Below, in pieces: positions 11,291-24,939 of a DNA stretch of 64,000 bases. Source of the DNA: Mobula hypostoma (Eukaryota); assembly GCF_963921235.1 (NCBI RefSeq), contig NC_086097.1, positions 82,524,001-82,588,000 on the forward strand. Reading direction: 5' to 3'. Under the pieces are notes generated by a model that was not told the origin of the DNA, made no database searches, and saw only the letters and a program-made list of their open reading frames with translations. A program made the position numbers and the translations under genes. Numbering within the stretch: position 1 is the stretch's first letter; every line of letters starts with the position of its first letter.

Positions 11291-13559
11291 GATTTGATGG
11301 AGGCAGACGTGAGAGCATGGAGGAACATCTGGTGGAACTTCTGAAATGCCTGCTTCGCTGCCACCACTACTGTGTGATCCAAAATCTCCGGAGGGGAAGG
11401 CCCTGAATCCTTGGCTTTGCCTGTTGCTTGGCGGTCAGGGCCGGGGTCAAAGCGCTCGGCAGAGATGGTGCTCGGCACTCGGTGTTGGAGGACTGGTCGG
11501 AGGCTCAAATTTTTCGGACAGACTCAGAGTCGGACTGTGGTTGGTTGCTTCCAGGATGCTGCATCGGCAAGCTTGCTGTGCTGGAAGCTCATGGCAGGAA
11601 GAGTTTCTTCCTTCTACCGTCTGCGTGAGATGTTGGGGCTATCGGGACTTTGAGACTTTTTTTTACCCTGCCCATGGTCTGCTCTTATCAAATTATGGTA
11701 TTGCTTTGCACTGTTGTAACTATATGTTATAATTATGTGGTTTTTGTCAGCTTTAGTTTTGGTCTGTCTTGTGTTTCTGTGATATCATACCGGAGGAACA
11801 TTGTATCATCTTTTAATGCATGCATTTCTAAATGACAATAAACGAGGACTGAGTGTCCTCATAATCTGGAAAAAAAAGGTTGGATTGCTCTGGGTGCCGA
11901 AAGGAGAAATCGGGGCCTGGCAGAGAAGATTCAGTGCCTGTACAACTGGCCCGGGTATGAGGTTAGATCACTCTGGGTGCTGAGTTGACTTGAAGAGCTT
12001 GAGAGTGGCTTCGGGCTGGACAACAAAATCTGGGCCCGAAGCGAGTCGCTAGGCAGTGTGGTCTAGATCTGGAGCCTTTCGATGCAGTGGTACCTGGGTC
12101 CTAGTGTGAGGTGCAATATGTTGTTTAGACAATTTAAATATCAGCCCAGACCAGAGGAGATAGTCGATTTTGGTTGCTCTTGGTGACCTTCACTCCTCTG
12201 TCCAGGGCGCTGGAGCCTTTCACTGTTCCACTGTTTGGTCAATTTAAAAGCCAGCCTAGGTGGACTGAGAAGACAGGGTCTCGGTTGGGACGAGAGCCGA
12301 TCTTGTTCGTTCTCCGCAATAGTCAGCACCATGGCAACGAGGCTATGAAGATTGCCCCAGCTGCTATGCTCTATGCCTGCTGATATGATGAATTGATATG
12401 CAAGGCTCTGGGCCTACTCCGGGCTGCTCCAGGGTTTGGATCTGAGGACTCAATGGTTTAGAATGCTGTTGCTCACTTCAATTGTTCGCATGATTTTTAT
12501 TTTTTTCTTTCTTTTGCACTTTTGGTCTTTTAATTTATTTTTATTCTTTTTTTATTAAATTGGGTTCTTTTGGGCTTCTTGCTTTGTGGCTAACAGTGAG
12601 CAAGCAAATCTGAAGGTTATATAATTTATGCATTCTTTGATAATAAATGTACTTGAAATACTGGAGGATTAATACACACACAAAATATTTTCTGAAAATA
12701 TTTTATTAATATTTATTGAAAGCGTGCAGAGAAGACAGATGAGAGTAATGGCAGGACTAGAGGGTAAAGGTTATAGGGAGAGGTTGGGCAGGCTTGTACT
12801 TTAATCCTTGGAAAATAGGAGACTGAGAAATGTTTAAGTTAATGGGGCATAAATAGTTTGAATGCACTCAGTCTTTTTTTCCCAGGGAAGGCTGAGATAC
12901 AAAGAGAGAGCTAAAAGTTTTAAAAGGGACATGAGGGGCAACTTCTCCATGCAGAGTGGGGTGTATATATGATGCCTCAAGAGAAAAAGTGGTTGAGCTC
13001 CCTTTAAAAGGCTTTTGAGTAAGTATATGGAACAGAAAGGTTTGGAGAGATATGTGCCAAACATGGGCAAATGGGGCTAGCTTGGTGGGTGCCATGTTCA
13101 GCATGGACCAGTTGGTGTGGTGGGCCTGTTACAACTCTAGAACTATGTAAAGAAGACATATAGAGCCAAGGCAACATTTTCACTGTGTGGAGACATGAGA
13201 GGCTGCAGATGCTGGAAATATAGAGCAACATACAATGAAGGTGGGGGGACTTGGTCAGCATCTATAGTGTGAAATGGCAAGTCGATATTTCATCTGGACT
13301 GGAAGGAAAGACAAGATAGAGCCAATATGAGAAAGGTTTGGGTGGGGGGGGGGAGGAGTGGAAGAGTACTTACTTCACCGAGGCAGTCAGTTCTGGTTAA
13401 TACCACACAAAACAATATATTTACAACACAGGGAAAAGTTAGTCACATGATACACAATAGCCACAAAAGTTAGAGTCAGGGTTGTCTCTGATTCTCACAC
13501 GCGACTGATACGGTATGGTACAGTGCCATTCTCACCTCTGCATTGGCAGATTCAAATGT

Positions 13560-13725
13560 CATACAAAGCCTGGAGCATGCAATGTCTGAGTGCGGTACTG
13601 AGGAACGGCCGTTCTGTCAGAGCTGAAATATTAACTCAGACCCCTGTCAACACAAGATCACATAGCACCATTCACTGCAAGGACATTGGTGTTATCCCTG
13701 GTGACTCAGCCTATATTTGGTTCTA
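13560..13725 (+). mobile_element. Possible ancient Deu-domain SINE remnant
   Basis: gagtgcggtactgagg...aagatcacatagcaccatt...tccctggtg...cctatattt loosely follows the recalled Deu-domain consensus; highly diverged. Confidence 0.4.
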
Positions 13726-14089
13726 ATTCAACTTAAATTCAACTTAAACGTTAAACACTCGCCCTGCATCTGAGGTTTATTACAGAGCAATTCAGGTGCG
13801 TGAAAGTCTCCACAGAAAGGGCACTTGGGAATCTTTTTATTGTTTTATATTTGCAGATCTTAATGATGAAAGCGATGAAAATATCTTGGCCACTTTTATT
13901 AAAGGCAAAGGTGATTAGCTTTTAATGAAGAAGTTTCTCCTCCAAAAGAAGAAACTTCTATTATTGCAGCTGGGATATAATTCCATTGGTTGCAACAGAG
14001 CATTTTGTGTCTCAAAGTACTTATGTCTTAGTGATGGGAAAAATTGTGCTGTTGAGAACATTGGGAGTTGCTGACTGTGGATTGATACT

Positions 14090-14540
14090 TACAGTTTATT
14101 GTCGCCAAACAATTGATACTAGAACATACAATCATCACAGCGATATTTGATTCAGCGCTTCCCACTCCCTGGATTACAAATCGATAGTAAATATTAAAAA
14201 TTTAAATTATAAATCATAAATAGAAAATAGAAAAATGGAAAGTAAGGTAGTGCAAAAAATCTGAGATGCAGGTCCGAATATTTGGAGGGTATGGCCCAGA
14301 TCTGGGTCAGGATCCGTTCAGCAGTCTTATCACAGTTGGAAAGAAGCTGTTCCCAAATCTGGCCGTACGAGTCTTCAAGCTCCTGAGCCTTCTCCCAGAG
14401 GGAAGAGGGACGAAAAGTGTGTTGGCTGGGTGGGTCGTGTCCTTGATTATCCTGGCAGCACTGCTCTGACAGTGTGCGGTGTAAAGTGAGTCCAAGGACG
14501 GAAGATTGGTTTGTGTGATGTGCTGCGCCGTGTTCACGAT
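14090..14540 (-). mobile_element. 3' end of an L2/Rex-like LINE
   Basis: ORF 14307-14537: LPSLDSLY...IIKDTTHPANTLFVPLPSGRRLRSLKTRTARFGNSFFPTVIRLLN, a common LINE RT C-terminus. Confidence 0.75.
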
Positions 14541-14618
14541 CTATTAATATGCAGATCTATTAATTTAAAATGACTGACAATTACAGTTTCACTATTTATT
14601 TTTGAATTATCTTCTCAG

Positions 14619-14679
14619 GGATACTGCAGGACAGGAACGATACCAGACGATCACAAAGCAGTACTACAGACGAGCCCAG
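14619..14679 (+). CDS. RAB15: RAB15 internal coding exon (G3/switch II; equivalent to human exon 3)
   Basis: ttctcag|G GAT ACT GCA...GCC CAG|gtgcgc; 61 nt; (W)DTAGQERYQTITKQYYRRAQ. Upstream exons were not found in the window. Confidence 0.97.
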
Positions 14680-16095
14680 GTGCGCACTGTTCTATTTCTC
14701 TCTGTCACGACAATAGTGCAACTGGCTTTGAGACTAACTTTAATCTGAAGTAAACTAGTTTGAGGCTGTACTGTTCCTTCCAAATGAAGCTGCCTGTGTC
14801 TTGTGCATCAGGTTACAGCCAGGCCCCACACTCTCCCTTAAAAACAGGGCATGGTGGCAAGCCTGCATAAACGTGACGGGAATTTGTCAGGAGATGTTGC
14901 AGTCCGTGAACCACATTAAAAGTCAGGATAGGAGAGAAATCATGGGGGAGAAAACTAACACACCAGCTTGGTATTTACCCAGGGTTGAATTCATTGTGTT
15001 ATTTAAAAATCAGGACTATAGCTGCCTTCACTTGGAGAATTTTAACAAGTCTCGGCCAAGGCATTATGAACTATTCAAAGAGCTGAAATTGAATCCGAAT
15101 TCACTAGCTTGATTATTATTCTGTGCTACCTGTATCAGAGCTGAGCTTTGTTACTGTGTCCTCTTATTGCAAAAGAGTCCATTATCATAAATAACAACTG
15201 GGCACTTGGCTGGTGCCCGGAGGGAAACTACGTTTTGATTGCCCCCTCACCCCCTATGAACAATGATTAAAACTGCATCAATGAATAGCAATTCAGTTGT
15301 CACTTTAAACCTTCATCCCACTTCCACTCTGATCTCTGCGTTGTTCCAACAAAGCTGAATTTAACTTTTGTGAACAGATGCTCCTCACCTGACACTGGAT
15401 ATTCCAGGCTCAGCAGTTTCAGATTACCAGCCATTTCCAGCCTTGAATTTCACAGGTCTGGCACTTTATTCTCTCTTCTTCTCAGTTTTATTGCTCAATT
15501 TCTCTTTACTCCATACTCTTTCTGATTTAGCGGCCTGTAATCAGTACCTTTGCAACTTGTGTCACTCAGCCTCTGTGCCCTTTTGAACCCAACCTTTTGT
15601 TCTCTCTGCCTCTCCCTCCATTTTCTGGCTTTTCAGGTTTTATCTGTAACATAAATCTTTATTATCCTATGCTTCTCCTGGTACCAAAGGAAGGTAATGA
15701 ACTCGAGCTCCGGGTTTCGTTACAAGAGCTGCTGAGCACATCCAGTGGTTTCAGTGTCTTTCTCAACTAATTCATCGCTGGCAATATTTACTAACTGTGC
15801 TAAATACAAGTAGAAAGGTACAGCAACTCAGAAATGTTAATTGGCAGGTCAGAAATGTAAGCCATTTAATGAAAGTCAAACTAAACCAGAGGCAACAACT
15901 CACAATTTAAAAATAGTTGTAATTATATTCTTAGGGCACAGGCCTCTTTACAGTTCAACACTGGTCTAGGCTGAATCCAAATAATGTTTGTGGTCCAGAT
16001 AGTTTAGAAGAATTCTGGATATACTGGAATTGAGTGTTAATGGTTTCTCATTATGCTTTGTAATTAAAAAAAGATGTATTACCTTTTATTTATAG

Positions 16096-16173
16096 GGAAT
16101 CTTTTTGGTATATGATATCACAAGTGAGCGCTCCTTTCAACATATTATGAAATGGGCTAGTGATGTTGATGAG
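16096..16173 (+). CDS. RAB15: RAB15 internal coding exon
   Basis: tatag|...|gtaaga; 78 nt; GIFLVYDITSERSFQHIMKWASDVDE. Confidence 0.97.
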
Positions 16174-16260
16174 GTAAGAGAGTGACATTGAATCATTTTA
16201 CCTTGAATAAATATTACTCAAATTTTAGCTCATTACTCACAGTGAATGGTTCCTCCCCAG

Positions 16261-16350
16261 TATGCACCAGAAGGAGTTCAGAAAATTCTCATAGCCAACA
16301 AAGCTGATGACGAACAGAGAAGGCAAGTAGGTGTAAAACAAGGTCAAAAG
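16261..16350 (+). CDS. RAB15: RAB15 internal coding exon (G4 NKxD)
   Basis: ccccag|...|gtatgt; 90 nt; YAPEGVQKILIANKADDEQRRQVGVKQGQK; preceded by an 87-nt intron. Confidence 0.97.
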
Positions 16351-17419
16351 GTATGTATTTGATGCCCAATGCAATTATTTATATAGTAGGTTTAGAATAA
16401 TGATTTTTTTAATTGATGGTATTGTAGTTCAAAGGCCTGGAACAATTCCAAAGTAAAGATCAATGTAAAATTCTGATAATTTACAAATCACAGGCTTATA
16501 AAAAGTTGTCATGCAGTTGAGCATCTGCTGTGCTGGGTCTGATGGTGTTGCTGAACTAAAGTGCTCAGGTTTTGTGGTCTTTGTTGGGTAGTTTCTGCAG
16601 TGACTGCATCTTAGCAATATACTGTATTTAGCACAGCCTGTGGCAACATTTTCTGAAGCTGTGAAATGGAAATTGCCATCACTTTTTTGGGAGTTTCTTC
16701 TTGGATTTTAGTGGCGAACCCTTGAAAATAATTGATGAGAAAAAAGGTCTAAACTTGATTGAGATTTTGAAATGGGATGCTGTTTCACTTTGCATTATTA
16801 TATGACGTATATGACTGCTGTTATACAGTAAAACAAGTGCAAGATTAAATTCAATCATGTCAAATCAATTGTATTGTTGAGGTAGTACTCTATCTAGCGC
16901 ACAGTATACAATTTTGATCCCCTTTCCCAAACAACAAAGATATATTTTCCCTAGAACAAGTGCAACAAAGATTCACCCCGGTTGGAATCCTTTACCCCAG
17001 AGGGTTGCAGAGGCTCAATCATGCATTTCTTCAGACCAGAAGTTGAATGTTTCCACATATTAAGTGAATCAAGTGATGTGGAGATGTGTGGAAGAAAATA
17101 CAGCTCAGGCAGGTGACCAGCCTCCATCTTGTGGAATGGCAGAGCAGGTTCAAATGCCAGATGGCCAACTAATGCACTAAATCTTAGGTTGTTGACCCTA
17201 TCAGCAGGAAATTCTGCAGCATTATGGTATCTTTGACAAGCAAAACTGGCTGTTTTTACGATGCATCACAACCAAACAGCATCTAGTTATTAAAATCAAA
17301 GAGCAGGAAATCCATTATCTTTTGTTGTGTTTAAAGGAGAATTCCAGTTATGCTGTTTTTTTTTATAAAATCACTCTTTAACCCATTGTTACATTTCCTT
17401 TCAATGTTTCCTTTCAAAG

Positions 17420-17485
17420 CTTGCAAAAGAATATGGAATGGACTTCTTTGAAACAAGTGCCTGCACCAATTATAACATTAAAGAG
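17420..17485 (+). CDS. RAB15: RAB15 internal coding exon (G5 ETSA)
   Basis: ttcaaag|...|gtcagt; 66 nt; LAKEYGMDFFETSACTNYNIKE. Confidence 0.96.
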
Positions 17486-18559
17486 GTCAGTGGAAACATT
17501 ATGTTCGAAGAACTGCAAAAGGGTACACCATCGAGGATAGCCATATGACAAGTTGTGCTTTTGTTGCCATTGTCCTAGAGCAGGCCAAAATTAATATGTC
17601 AGACTGGGGATTCAATTCATTATGCCTATCTGCACTAACCTTTACTGTATCAAAATGAATGTTCTTCACCCGTTATCCAAAAAGCCCTTATGTGTCCAAT
17701 TGACATGCATGTCAACTACACCCTGGTTCACTGTAATGGTAGACTTAAGTCTGTAATATTATCATTGAGACCCATTACTAGTGGATACAGATCTGTAGTT
17801 TAATGTAAAAGGAATATGAGCTAAAATATCCCAAAAAAATTACATAAAATGTTTTTCAAATGGGTGATCACTCTGACAAGCTGTTATTGTTCAATTTCTA
17901 AAGATATTTTGTTTTCTATTTAATTCACATAAAAAATTACTTCGTATTTTGCTTACTTTGTCCATTAACTATGTGCCCAATGTGTTGATAGCTCTGGACC
18001 TATGAAGCTTCAAAACTGACCAAGTTTTTGATATAGTCAGCTAGTAATTGTCTTTACTAAGCTCTGTTGGTTTGCATAGCATGCAGAATTCCCTTTTATC
18101 CTAGGTTTTAGAATGTATGTAACTTTCAGTAGAAATTTGTTAATTGTTTGCAGTGTACTTTTTGAAACATACCATTAAGTAAAAAGTCATTGGCAAATAC
18201 AATAGGATTAAAGAGGATCCCAAGGCATTCTATACATTCATGAAGAGTACGATGATAACTATGGAGCAGATAGGACCGCTGAAGGATAAAAGCGGGAACG
18301 TGCATGGAGACAGGATATGGGTGAGGTCCTAAGTGAGTACTTCACATCAATATTTACCAAAGAGAGGGACGAAGAGGATAGGAAGATTAGTCTGGGGTGT
18401 CCAAATTTGCTAGGGCAGTTTGATATAAAGAAGGAGATAGTGCTGGGTATCTTGAAGAACATTAGGTGCATAAGTCCCCAGGGCCTGATGGGATATACCC
18501 CAAATGACTGATAGAGTTATGAGATTGCTGAGGTCTTGACCAATATCTGTGTGTCTTTA

Positions 18560-19470
18560 CCGTAAGTGATCTACCTATTTATTTATTTATTCACTTATTT
18601 TCTATATTATCATGCATCGCATTGTACCACTGCCACGAAGTTAGCAAGTTTCCTGACGTATGTCGGTGATATTAAACCTGATTCTGATTCTGAATCAGAA
18701 TCAAGTTTAATATCATTGGCATATGTCATGAGATTTGCAGTACATGATAATAAAAAAACTATAAATTACAATAAGAACTATGTTTTTAACATTAAATTAA
18801 ATAAATAAAGCTAAAAGAGGGCAAAAAAGAAAAGAAATATTGAGGTACTGTACCTGGGTTCATTGCTCATTCAGAAATCTGATGCCAGAGGGGAAGAAGC
18901 TGTTCCTAAAACACTGAGTACTTCTCCAGGCTTCAGTAGCGCCTCCTTGATGATATAATGAGAAGAAGTTGTGTCCTGGGTGATGGGGGTCCTTAACGAT
19001 GGCTGCCACCTTTTTGAGTCATCGCCTTTTAAAGATGTCCTTGATGCTGGGGCAGCTGGTGCTCATGATGGAGCTGGCTGTGTTCACAAATTTCTTCAGC
19101 TTTTTCTGATCCATAAACATACCAGATGGTAAAACCAGTTAGAATGCTCTCCATGGTACATCTGTAGAAATTTGTCTGAGTCTTTGGTGTCATGCCAAGT
19201 CTCCTCAAACACCTGATTAAGTATAGCCGCTGTTGTGCCTTCTATGTAATTACATCAAAATGTTGGGCCCAAGATAAATCTTCAGGGACGTTGACACCCA
19301 GGAACTTGAAACAGCTCACCCTTTCCACTGCTGATCCCTCAATAAGGACTGGTGTGTCAACTACCCTTTCCTGAAGGCCACAATCAATTCCTTGGTTTTA
19401 TTGACGTTGAGTGCAAGGTTGTTATTGTGACATCATTCAACCGGATGGTCTATCTAACTTCTGCATGCCA
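18560..19470 (-). mobile_element. L2/Rex-like LINE 3' fragments with gattct/agaatc tails
   Basis: Same sequence family as 57200-57900 and 58260-60320; head-to-head tails ctgattctgattctgaatcagaatc at about 18680-18700. Confidence 0.6.
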
Positions 19471-19852
19471 GGAACCAGAGATGAATTACCAAGGATTATT
19501 TTCAGATCAGTTCCAAAATTAAAAATTGTAGTTAGTATGGAACAAAAACTGAAATTACTGGAAACACTCAGCAGGTTGGCCAGCATGTTCAGAAGGATAA
19601 GCAGTTAAGATTTCATGTTTGTAAGTCTTGGTCAGAACTGTACTAAAATGCACAGTAATTTGATGAAGGATCCCATACCTAAAAATTAACTGATTTTCCT
19701 TCCACAGATGTTGCCTGATATCTTGAGTGTTTCTAGCATTTTCTGTTTTCATTTCAGTTTTAAAACATCTGCAGGTTTATATTTTTCTTTTATTGGCATT
19801 GGGCTTTCACTCTTGTAACTCAGTGGTATTTTGATGTGCTTCCCTTCCACAG

Positions 19853-20011
19853 TCATTTACTCGACTGACAGAACTAGTGTTACAGGCCCACAAGAAGGAG
19901 CTTGACGGACTTCGACTGTCAACTCCTGATGAACTTGGCATTGCTGATTTAGAAGAAGATGACAGCAAAACTGAGAAGATGGATAGTTCACAAAAAGCTT
20001 GCTGGTGCTAG
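19853..20011 (+). CDS. RAB15: RAB15 last coding exon with CxC geranylgeranylation motif
   Basis: ccacag|TCA TTT ACT...TGC TGG TGC TAG; SFTRLTELVLQAHKKELDGLRLSTPDELGIADLEEDDSKTEKMDSSQKACWC*. Confidence 0.97.
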   Translation, partial: SFTRLTELVLQAHKKELDGLRLSTPDELGIADLEEDDSKTEKMDSSQKACWC

Positions 20012-20451
20012 AAGCATAGCACAGATGAAGAATCCAATTTAGTTGTCTGAGTCATGCCTCAAAAATTCAAGACCTGGTTGCCTGCTCCTACATTGTGTCA
20101 TCTTAAATATTCATCTGAATCCTGCCTCTTCCTTGAGTTGGACTAATTCTTACATTGATTCTTATAGGTGTTGTATTTTTGTCCCGGCTCTGTGATTCAA
20201 CAATCTCTTGGACCAGGCTTGTTTGCTGTGCATTTTGTACAGTTACCGTGCTGTAGTTCATGTCCAGGTCATCGACTGATGATTCAAGTAACCCAGTTTT
20301 TACAAGACTGCTGTTTCAGTATTTGGTTTGTTTGTGAATGGCCCTTCCAAGTAATGCATTTCAAGATCCATCAATATGCCAACTTCCTGAAATATCCCCA
20401 TTTGTGCAATTAGTTTCTGCAAAGTGCTTTTAATATTTTTTGGTCATGCTC

Positions 20452-20457
20452 AATAAA
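20452..20457 (+). terminator. Candidate RAB15 polyadenylation signal
   Basis: First AATAAA I found after the stop (about 440 nt), followed by GU/U-rich gtgttctgtttgtc; more distal AATAAA hexamers also exist. Confidence 0.55.
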
Positions 20458-22809
20458 AGTGTTCTGTTTGTCACTCCTTTGTCCAATTACTGATTTCTAA
20501 GCCCAAGGTACAGCATCTCCATGCCCTGGCTCCTTTTTAGAATTTCAAGTTTGAAATTATGGCATCAATCCAAAGCAGTGCATTTTGAGGGCAGAATCAG
20601 AAGATGGCTTTATCAATTCAAATTAGCCTTTAACAATATTGTGAATGTTCAAGTTCTTTATCCTGCTTATTTTCTCTCTCGTGTTGTGCTGTGAATTAAT
20701 AGCTTAGAATAATGGCTATGACTCATTTGTCATAATGTCTGCAAGCTACCTTCAATTTAACTGTATATTTTGCTATTTATTTCTTGTCACCATTGGAATA
20801 TTAAAAGAGGGATGGGAGTAAGTATCACTGTCCTACCAATGGACATGGCAGAATGAAAAATGATAGAAACTTTGCTGAGCAACTAAGCCTGTAATTTTGT
20901 CCATTCACATTACAGCATTATCGGTTTAAATTTAGAATCCCTCATGAAATTATGTTTTTTTAACTGAAATACTGAAGGCTATTTTTAAATGTGAAAATTC
21001 TACATTGTATGTGTTCTTTAATTCTGGCCTGTCCTTAAATTCTCTTTTAATATTTAGATCAATTTTTTTAAAATAAGTTATGCAGCTGTGTGATAGGTCA
21101 TTGCAGTTTGAAGTTTTAATGAGTGGAGACACACTTCGGTATTTTAATCAATCTGCATGAGGCACTTCTTTTCTCACTTTGTAATGAATAACCCCCAGCA
21201 GAGTTATGTTCTATAAAACTGAACATTTGAAATTAGTAACCTACCAATTTTGTTCAGCAAGTCATAATTTTGAAGAAAATGACACATTCTCCTGTTTTGG
21301 GGCAGGCATCTGAAACTGGAAATGATTTACTCCTGCCAGGAGATGAGTTTTAATATTTCTTCATTATTCTGACCTACAAGGATCAGTTGATAGTATGTGT
21401 AAGTTACTTTCCTATCAATGGTAGAATACAAAATTTTTTTAAAAGTTCAAGTAATTCTGTGGTTTGTTGAGAGTTTTGGTTTGTTTGAACCTGACAGCGT
21501 GACCCATGTGTGCTCTTTCGGTTTTTTCCTATTATAATCAAAGTATATATCAACATAATGGCGTTCTGACGTTATTCACTTGGCCTAGACAGGTTAAATG
21601 AAATGGTGTGCGAAGTATCTACAGGGAGAAATATTTTGCCAATAATTTCCTCTAATCAGTTGATCAATTCCTTTCTAAGATTTAAGAGTAATATGCTTAT
21701 ATTGGATCTGTTGAACACTGAAGCAAGGATTTGTCATCCCAGTAATTTTTTTTTCCAGCATGTTCCAAACTTGGTCAACTTGGTATTGTGTGCACTAAGA
21801 ACGCCATTTGCCCACTTCCGTTGAAGATCAAACAATTTCACTGTACTGAACAATGTAATTTCTAAATTGTACTGTGGTGATTTAAGAGTCAGGCCTTTGA
21901 ATCAGTGCACTTCAATATTTTAAGCACAAAATATTAACACTTAGAATTGGAAGCAACAATATTTACATCTAATTAATACACAGATTTTAATTATTTTGCA
22001 TCTTTCAAATTTAATATCTTTTAAAATATGAAGAGAGAATGTGCCCTGCATTTAATAACTAGCACTGAATTCTTTTTAGCTTTAAACAATTTGCAAACAA
22101 AATAATACCCCAAGGCCAACCTGAAAAAGCTTATTTTAAATTTTAATCTACCACTTAAATGTCCATGCAAATAAAAGACTGATAGACAGAACTTGTATTT
22201 TTCTTTCAGAATGCTGAATATTCTTTGAAAGTATTCACATGATTTGCAGACCAATTCGATTTTATTGTGTAGCTGTTTGGTTGGTGAAATACTGGTGGAA
22301 TAAATGTGAGACAAAAATGCACAACCACAAATGGGTAGAAAACAGTGGATGTATGCACAATCAAATCCTTCATCTGTTCTGGTTCAGGAGTAGTTGTGAG
22401 TTCAGGCGTTCAGATATATTCATGGTAAAGGAAACCTGAAATGCAAAGCAAACATGTCCTGATGAAGGATTCTGACCCAAAACATTGACTTTGTATTTCC
22501 CATCACAGATGCTGCCTGACTCACTGAGTGCATTCAACACCTTTCGATGCTGTTAAACATTTTGACTGAGTGTTTTGCGCCTGTTTCAGCTCATAAGCAA
22601 GTTGAAATAAACCACCAACATGAATGACAAGTAAATAAAGTCAAGCCCTGTCTTTAAGACAAGTAGCAGAGTTCTCACAAATATTATTCTTCCATGATCA
22701 CAGTTACATTTTTGACTTATAAAGACTGATAAGTGACTAGAAGTCACTTCAGTTATGATGCTGAGATGCATGCTAGTTTGCGCTGGGACACATCATCAGT
22801 GATGTAACC

Positions 22810-24170
22810 TGGGGTCATTGGGTGTTTCAGCTCTTTCAACATCAGACACTCTCACCCAGGCGACCTTTCCAGGGTTGATCAGGCCCCAGCTTGTGTCCCA
22901 GCAGCATTGGTCCACAGGTCACACCTTTTGATCCTCAGCCATTTGGAGTCTCGCTCAGCAGCTTCTGTGGTTTTTTTCTTTGCAGCCCCCATAATGCCAA
23001 GGAGAGAGTAGGCTCTGCACAGCGAGCATCCAGCAGCACTTCTACACACCACCTCTATAGACTCACATTGTACCCTCCACCTCTGTCTCTGGCACTCCTC
23101 TACCAGCTCCTGGCATTTTGCTTTTTTATGCTGAAATGGTTCCTCAATCCGGTCTTCCCAAGGAACTGTCAGTTCCACCATGACCACCTGCTTTGAGGTT
23201 TCTGACAGAATGACCATGTCGGGCCTCAGTGATGATGATGCAATGAAGTCAGGGAACTTTAATTGCTTGCCAAGATTGACTTTCAGTTGACAGTCAGATG
23301 CAGTGGTGAGCAAGCTTTCTGGTGATCTGGGCTGAGGCTGCGGTTGGTCTCAAGTTTGACAAAGGATATGGGCTTTCTGGGTTGGCGGAGGTGCCTACTG
23401 TTGTTAATGGCTGAGGAGATACCTTCTGCCACTGCCTTCAGCACCTGGTCATGGCGCTGGTGGTAGCAGCCTTCTCCCATGGCTTTTGGACAGCTCCTGA
23501 GGAGATGTACCAGGGTCCCTCTGCCAGGGGTGAGAGGACATTATGGTGCCTCATTTTTGCTCCAAGCAAAAAGGTTGGCTGGACCAGGCAGGACGTTGTA
23601 CCCAGCCTGGATCATGGACTTGATGCGCTGGGGTTCTGCCTGTCAGAAGCTGAACCAGGAGATCTTCCACTTCAGCGCAGCTTCCCACCTTCTCCAAGCT
23701 CCCTGCTGCCCCATTCCTACCGTCCTGGTGGTACGCACTTCCTCGACGGTTGCTCCTGGACAAGATGGAAACTGAGCCTGCCCTGGGCCCTTTCGAAGCA
23801 GGTTTAAGGGAAGCTACCCAGCCCCACCTGACTGGACGCCACTGTCCCTACCAGATCCCTATGCCTCAGACGCGAATCAGCCATCTCCACTGCATTCTTG
23901 GCCTTCCATTTCCCACCTGTCCAGACCTCAACGCCTGCTTAAAGAGATTTTGGGATTGCTGGAATCTCTGTACAGCAGCAAACTTCATGTACGGGTAACC
24001 ACGAATTCCTCGTAAAGGCTGATGAAAGGAAGTTGCAGTTTATTCCTATTCCCATACAGAGCAATGCTGCTCAGGCTATGTGGGAGGCCCAGCCAACTTT
24101 GAAGGTACCTATTAATCTTTCTTTCAAAAGCTTCAACTGTTGACATTGGTACCTCACATACCAGCATTTA
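22810..24170 (-). mobile_element. HERO/R2-group non-LTR retrotransposon 3' fragment with restriction-like endonuclease
   Basis: RHDQVLKAVAE (after the CCHC region) and LRPDMVILSETSKQVVMVELTVPWEDRIEE (PD-(D/E) RLE motif); WLGLPHSLSSIALYG upstream; frameshifted. Confidence 0.8.
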
Positions 24171-24939
24171 AGTTCCTTTTAGAAGCCACAATTAACTGAT
24201 TTTATCAAAAAGAAATAAAAACTGAATTAAAAACATCCCTGATCAGAAACAAAAATAAAAGCCAAAAAGTTCAAGCCTTTGACGTAACAGCCTAAATTTT
24301 GCCCTCACCACCCAGCACATGGTGACCTAGGACGATTCAGAAATGTCATATTTTCTGGCGGACAAGACCTATTTTGTGTTGCAACAGTGATGTTATTGAA
24401 CAGGCTGAGTAATCTGTCATACTGATGATTCTTTATATCACAAACCAGAAAGTAATTTTGGAAACATTTTACAGAGAGAAAAACAAGTACAAGTCAGATA
24501 CTGTATGAAAGATCAATGTCAAAAGTGAAAAGACAGAACTACTTAAAATTCATGAATAACAAATGCTCAAAATGCTGGAAGAATTCAGCAAGTCAGGCAG
24601 CATCCATGAAGAGAAATAAACATTCAACATTTTGGGCTGAGATCCTCTTCAAGGTTTACATTTTTTGGAATTTTTAAAGTAATTATTCAAGGAAATTACA
24701 ATCTGCACATTTGAAATTACTTTATGGTTGGATACATTGTTAAGCAGTAATAAAGTCCTAGTACACCTTTCAAAATCAAGTTACATCTTATTCAACAAAA
24801 CATAACATTTTTATTATTTTTCATAACAGGAAAATTATGTAAGCATTTGTTGCTGATGATGTCCACTGACTTTTGTAGGCTAACTGTGAAAGTACTGCAG
24901 CTTCACACAGTATAAAGGAACAGGGAACCTTGACAACAT

